Sequence record: MN850611.1 | Reading direction: 5' to 3' (one strand) | Origin: Escherichia phage nataliec | DNA length: 64,000 nucleotides | In this document: piece after piece, positions 62,180 through 64,000 of the stretch | Layout: the number at the start of each line of letters is the position of its first letter | Numbering within the stretch: the first letter of the stretch is position 1 | Notes under the pieces: model-generated | Database searches by the model: none | Told to the model about the DNA's origin: nothing | Seen by the model: only the letters and a program-made list of their open reading frames with translations | Made by a program: the position numbers and the translations under genes

Positions 62180-62411
62180 GATGTTCTACTTCTCTGTACG
62201 TTCGTCGATAGTATATAATAAGCTGTGCTAACTCGTTGCTTTTAACATCTGAACGTAGCAGTTGCCAATCAAAACCTTTACCGACTCTTCCATATAAACT
62301 AAACAGTTTTACTTTGCGTTTCATTTTGGTATACCAATACTCAGAAGTCAATATTAATACGTTCGCCCTTAAGGACTCCAGTACGGTCTCTTGCAATCTT
62401 GCCGTCAACAA
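62169..62411 (-). CDS. hypothetical protein
   Basis: 80 aa ORF. Confidence 0.4.
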   Translation of the reverse strand: MLTARLQETVLESLRANVLILTSEYWYTKMKRKVKLFSLYGRVGKGFDWQLLRSDVKSNELAQLIIYYRRTYREVEHREQ

Positions 62412-62568
62412 TAAGGATATGTGCAGCCCTTAAAGAGTCACTATTAAAAGCTTTTACGAACTTACTAGGCATCACTACAATGGGCATCTCCTGAATCAAC
62501 TCTGGAGTATAGCAATTGTCGTGAAGTTGCTGAATAACGTCTGCAAGTGTCATTTTTGATGTCTCCAA
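62341..62568 (-). CDS. hypothetical protein
   Basis: 75 aa ORF. Confidence 0.4.
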   Translation of the reverse strand: METSKMTLADVIQQLHDNCYTPELIQEMPIVVMPSKFVKAFNSDSLRAAHILIVDGKIARDRTGVLKGERINIDF

Positions 62569-62759
62569 TACTCAATGTCAATAAGTTCTTGTGCAATGCT
62601 TTTCAGATTACCTTTCAAGAAAACCTTCTCAGAACCTGAAAGAGATGAATTGTCAATTAACCTGTTCATTCTCTCAAACAACTTCTGCTTACGGTTCTTG
62701 ATAGTTTCCTTTGAAGCACCTTTCATCATCGCTGCATGGGTTCTTCCACGGTGACTCAT
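62550..62759 (-). CDS. hypothetical basic protein
   Basis: 69 aa ORF. Confidence 0.4.
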   Translation of the reverse strand: MSHRGRTHAAMMKGASKETIKNRKQKLFERMNRLIDNSSLSGSEKVFLKGNLKSIAQELIDIEYWRHQK

Positions 62760-62810
62760 AAGCCCTCCTATACAAGATACAGTATAAGGTACTCTTCCCT
62801 GAGCACCTTG

Positions 62811-63314
62811 TCAACTTAGTTTTGCAAACTCTCCGTGGAGTTTTACAGCAGCTTCACAGTAAGCTTTATGGGCTTCTTCAGGGGTGTCAAATAAGCCAAG
62901 TGATGTCCTTTTACCTCTACATGTTATAGCAGCCCTCCATTTATTACAGTCTTTAAAGTAATGCACACCCTTGTAACCTGATTTGTTAGCTGTCTGCTTC
63001 ACCCTGTTTTGGGCGTTTCCATACTTATCAGTCTCCCTAAGATTAGAGATATGATTATTACTCCTGTTACCATCAATGTGGTCTATCATCTTAGTGGGCC
63101 TGTAACCATGTTCGAACCACCAAACGAGGTGATGAACTTTTATTACGACACCTTTGAATTTAAGTACTTTGTAACCATAAGCATCACTTCCTCCGGCAAC
63201 CTGTCCAGCTTTAGCTTGTCTATTCCTGTCATACTTGTTGTAGAAGACCCCTTTGTCGGGGTCGTAAATAAAATTATCCTTGTAATCTTGAAGTGTTAGT
63301 GTACGGCGTACCAT
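62811..63314 (-). CDS. HNH homing endonuclease
   Basis: HHLVWWFEHG...IDHIDGNRSNNHISNLR matches the HNH core; abuts the 3' end of the polymerase gene. Confidence 0.7.
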   Translation of the reverse strand: MVRRTLTLQDYKDNFIYDPDKGVFYNKYDRNRQAKAGQVAGGSDAYGYKVLKFKGVVIKVHHLVWWFEHGYRPTKMIDHIDGNRSNNHISNLRETDKYGNAQNRVKQTANKSGYKGVHYFKDCNKWRAAITCRGKRTSLGLFDTPEEAHKAYCEAAVKLHGEFAKLS

Positions 63315-64000
63315 GTCTTACCTACCTTACCAGTGCCTGTAACAAGTGTCTTACTCTTTAATCCAAGATTTTTTGATGCTTGACCATACATTCTATCAAT
63401 AATCTCCTTAACATCAGGTACATCTTTTGTTGGAACCTCTAAAGAGACCTCATCGTGGTAACTACAGACCCACCTAGCACCAATAGCTGGTTTCCTACCA
63501 TTTAGGACTGTAAGCTTGCGCTCTGTTAACTCTCTGTTAGCCAAGTTAATACCCTCATTCTGCACCTGAGCCTCACTGCCCATAAGTGTGTAATTCAATA
63601 ACTTATGTGGAGATTTACACCATAACCACGCTCCAGCAACTTTGATGTACCCACCTTTCGCAATTGCAGAAGTTTTTCCAAAAACCTCTTCAAGTGCTTT
63701 CTTAGTTGCTTTGAAGTCTTCCTCTAGTCTATCAAGCAGCTTTTTAATCTTAGGGAGACGCACAAAGTAAGTTTGTTTAGTCAATGCACCTTCTTCCGTA
63801 GATGATGCCTTGATAGTTTTTGCAAACTTCTCGTCTCCGGCTCCAAATAATAGGGCGTAGATACCATTCTTAGCCTTCTTACGGCCTTTTGTAATCTCGT
63901 GAAGAAGTTCCTCATCCTGTGTCTCCCTACAACGAACAATATCTTCTTCCTTGTTCAGACCAAAGTAAATGCTGTTCAGTGTATGTGCATCAGTACCTGT
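63296..64000 (-). CDS. family-A DNA polymerase, C-terminal part (5' end beyond window)
   Basis: Minus-strand frame open from 64000 to stop at 63296. My translation gives motif-B-like RKKAKNGIYALLFG, motif C SYHDEV and C-terminal GKTWYAVH, matching Pol I-family palm motifs. Confidence 0.7.
   Translation of the reverse strand, partial: TGTDAHTLNSIYFGLNKEEDIVRCRETQDEELLHEITKGRKKAKNGIYALLFGAGDEKFAKTIKASSTEEGALTKQTYFVRLPKIKKLLDRLEEDFKATKKALEEVFGKTSAIAKGGYIKVAGAWLWCKSPHKLLNYTLMGSEAQVQNEGINLANRELTERKLTVLNGRKPAIGARWVCSYHDEVSLEVPTKDVPDVKEIIDRMYGQASKNLGLKSKTLVTGTGKVGKTWYAVH

Overview
The window reads as ~64 kb of a virulent, tRNA-rich myovirus genome (about 39% GC by eye), with a gene order I recognise as resembling Felix-O1-like phages; this is from memory, not a search. 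Left to right: (1) the 3' part of an rIIA-like gene and an rIIB-like gene, then a rightward early block of about 25 small genes, many preceded by one of two recurring intergenic cassettes; (2) a ~1.65 kb ORF-free, iteron-dense region at a convergent junction (14147-15820); (3) a leftward block of 18 genes including a GH24 endolysin and two paralogs, one carrying tandem Ig-like domains; (4) a rightward gene for a vWA protein with Ro60/TROVE-like features, directly upstream of (5) an array of about 25 tRNA genes (plus tRNA-Cys 850 bp further on) that also holds an HNH endonuclease gene, a membrane-protein gene and several non-tRNA structured elements, one of them a circularly permuted tRNA-like module; (6) a rightward morphogenesis module (large terminase, portal, S49 protease-scaffold, major capsid, sheath, tube, chaperones with a candidate -1 frameshift, tape measure, Mu/P2-type baseplate, two tail fibers with HxH repeats); (7) a leftward block with thymidylate synthase, DHFR, an HTH regulator, ATP-dependent DNA ligase, an HNH endonuclease and the 3' part of a family-A DNA polymerase running off the window. 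The most interesting hypothesis is a phage Ro60-like protein paired with Y-RNA-like/tRNA-like noncoding RNAs inside the tRNA array. All protein calls rest on motifs and synteny read by eye; tRNA anticodons were folded by hand and need tRNAscan-SE/ARAGORN confirmation.
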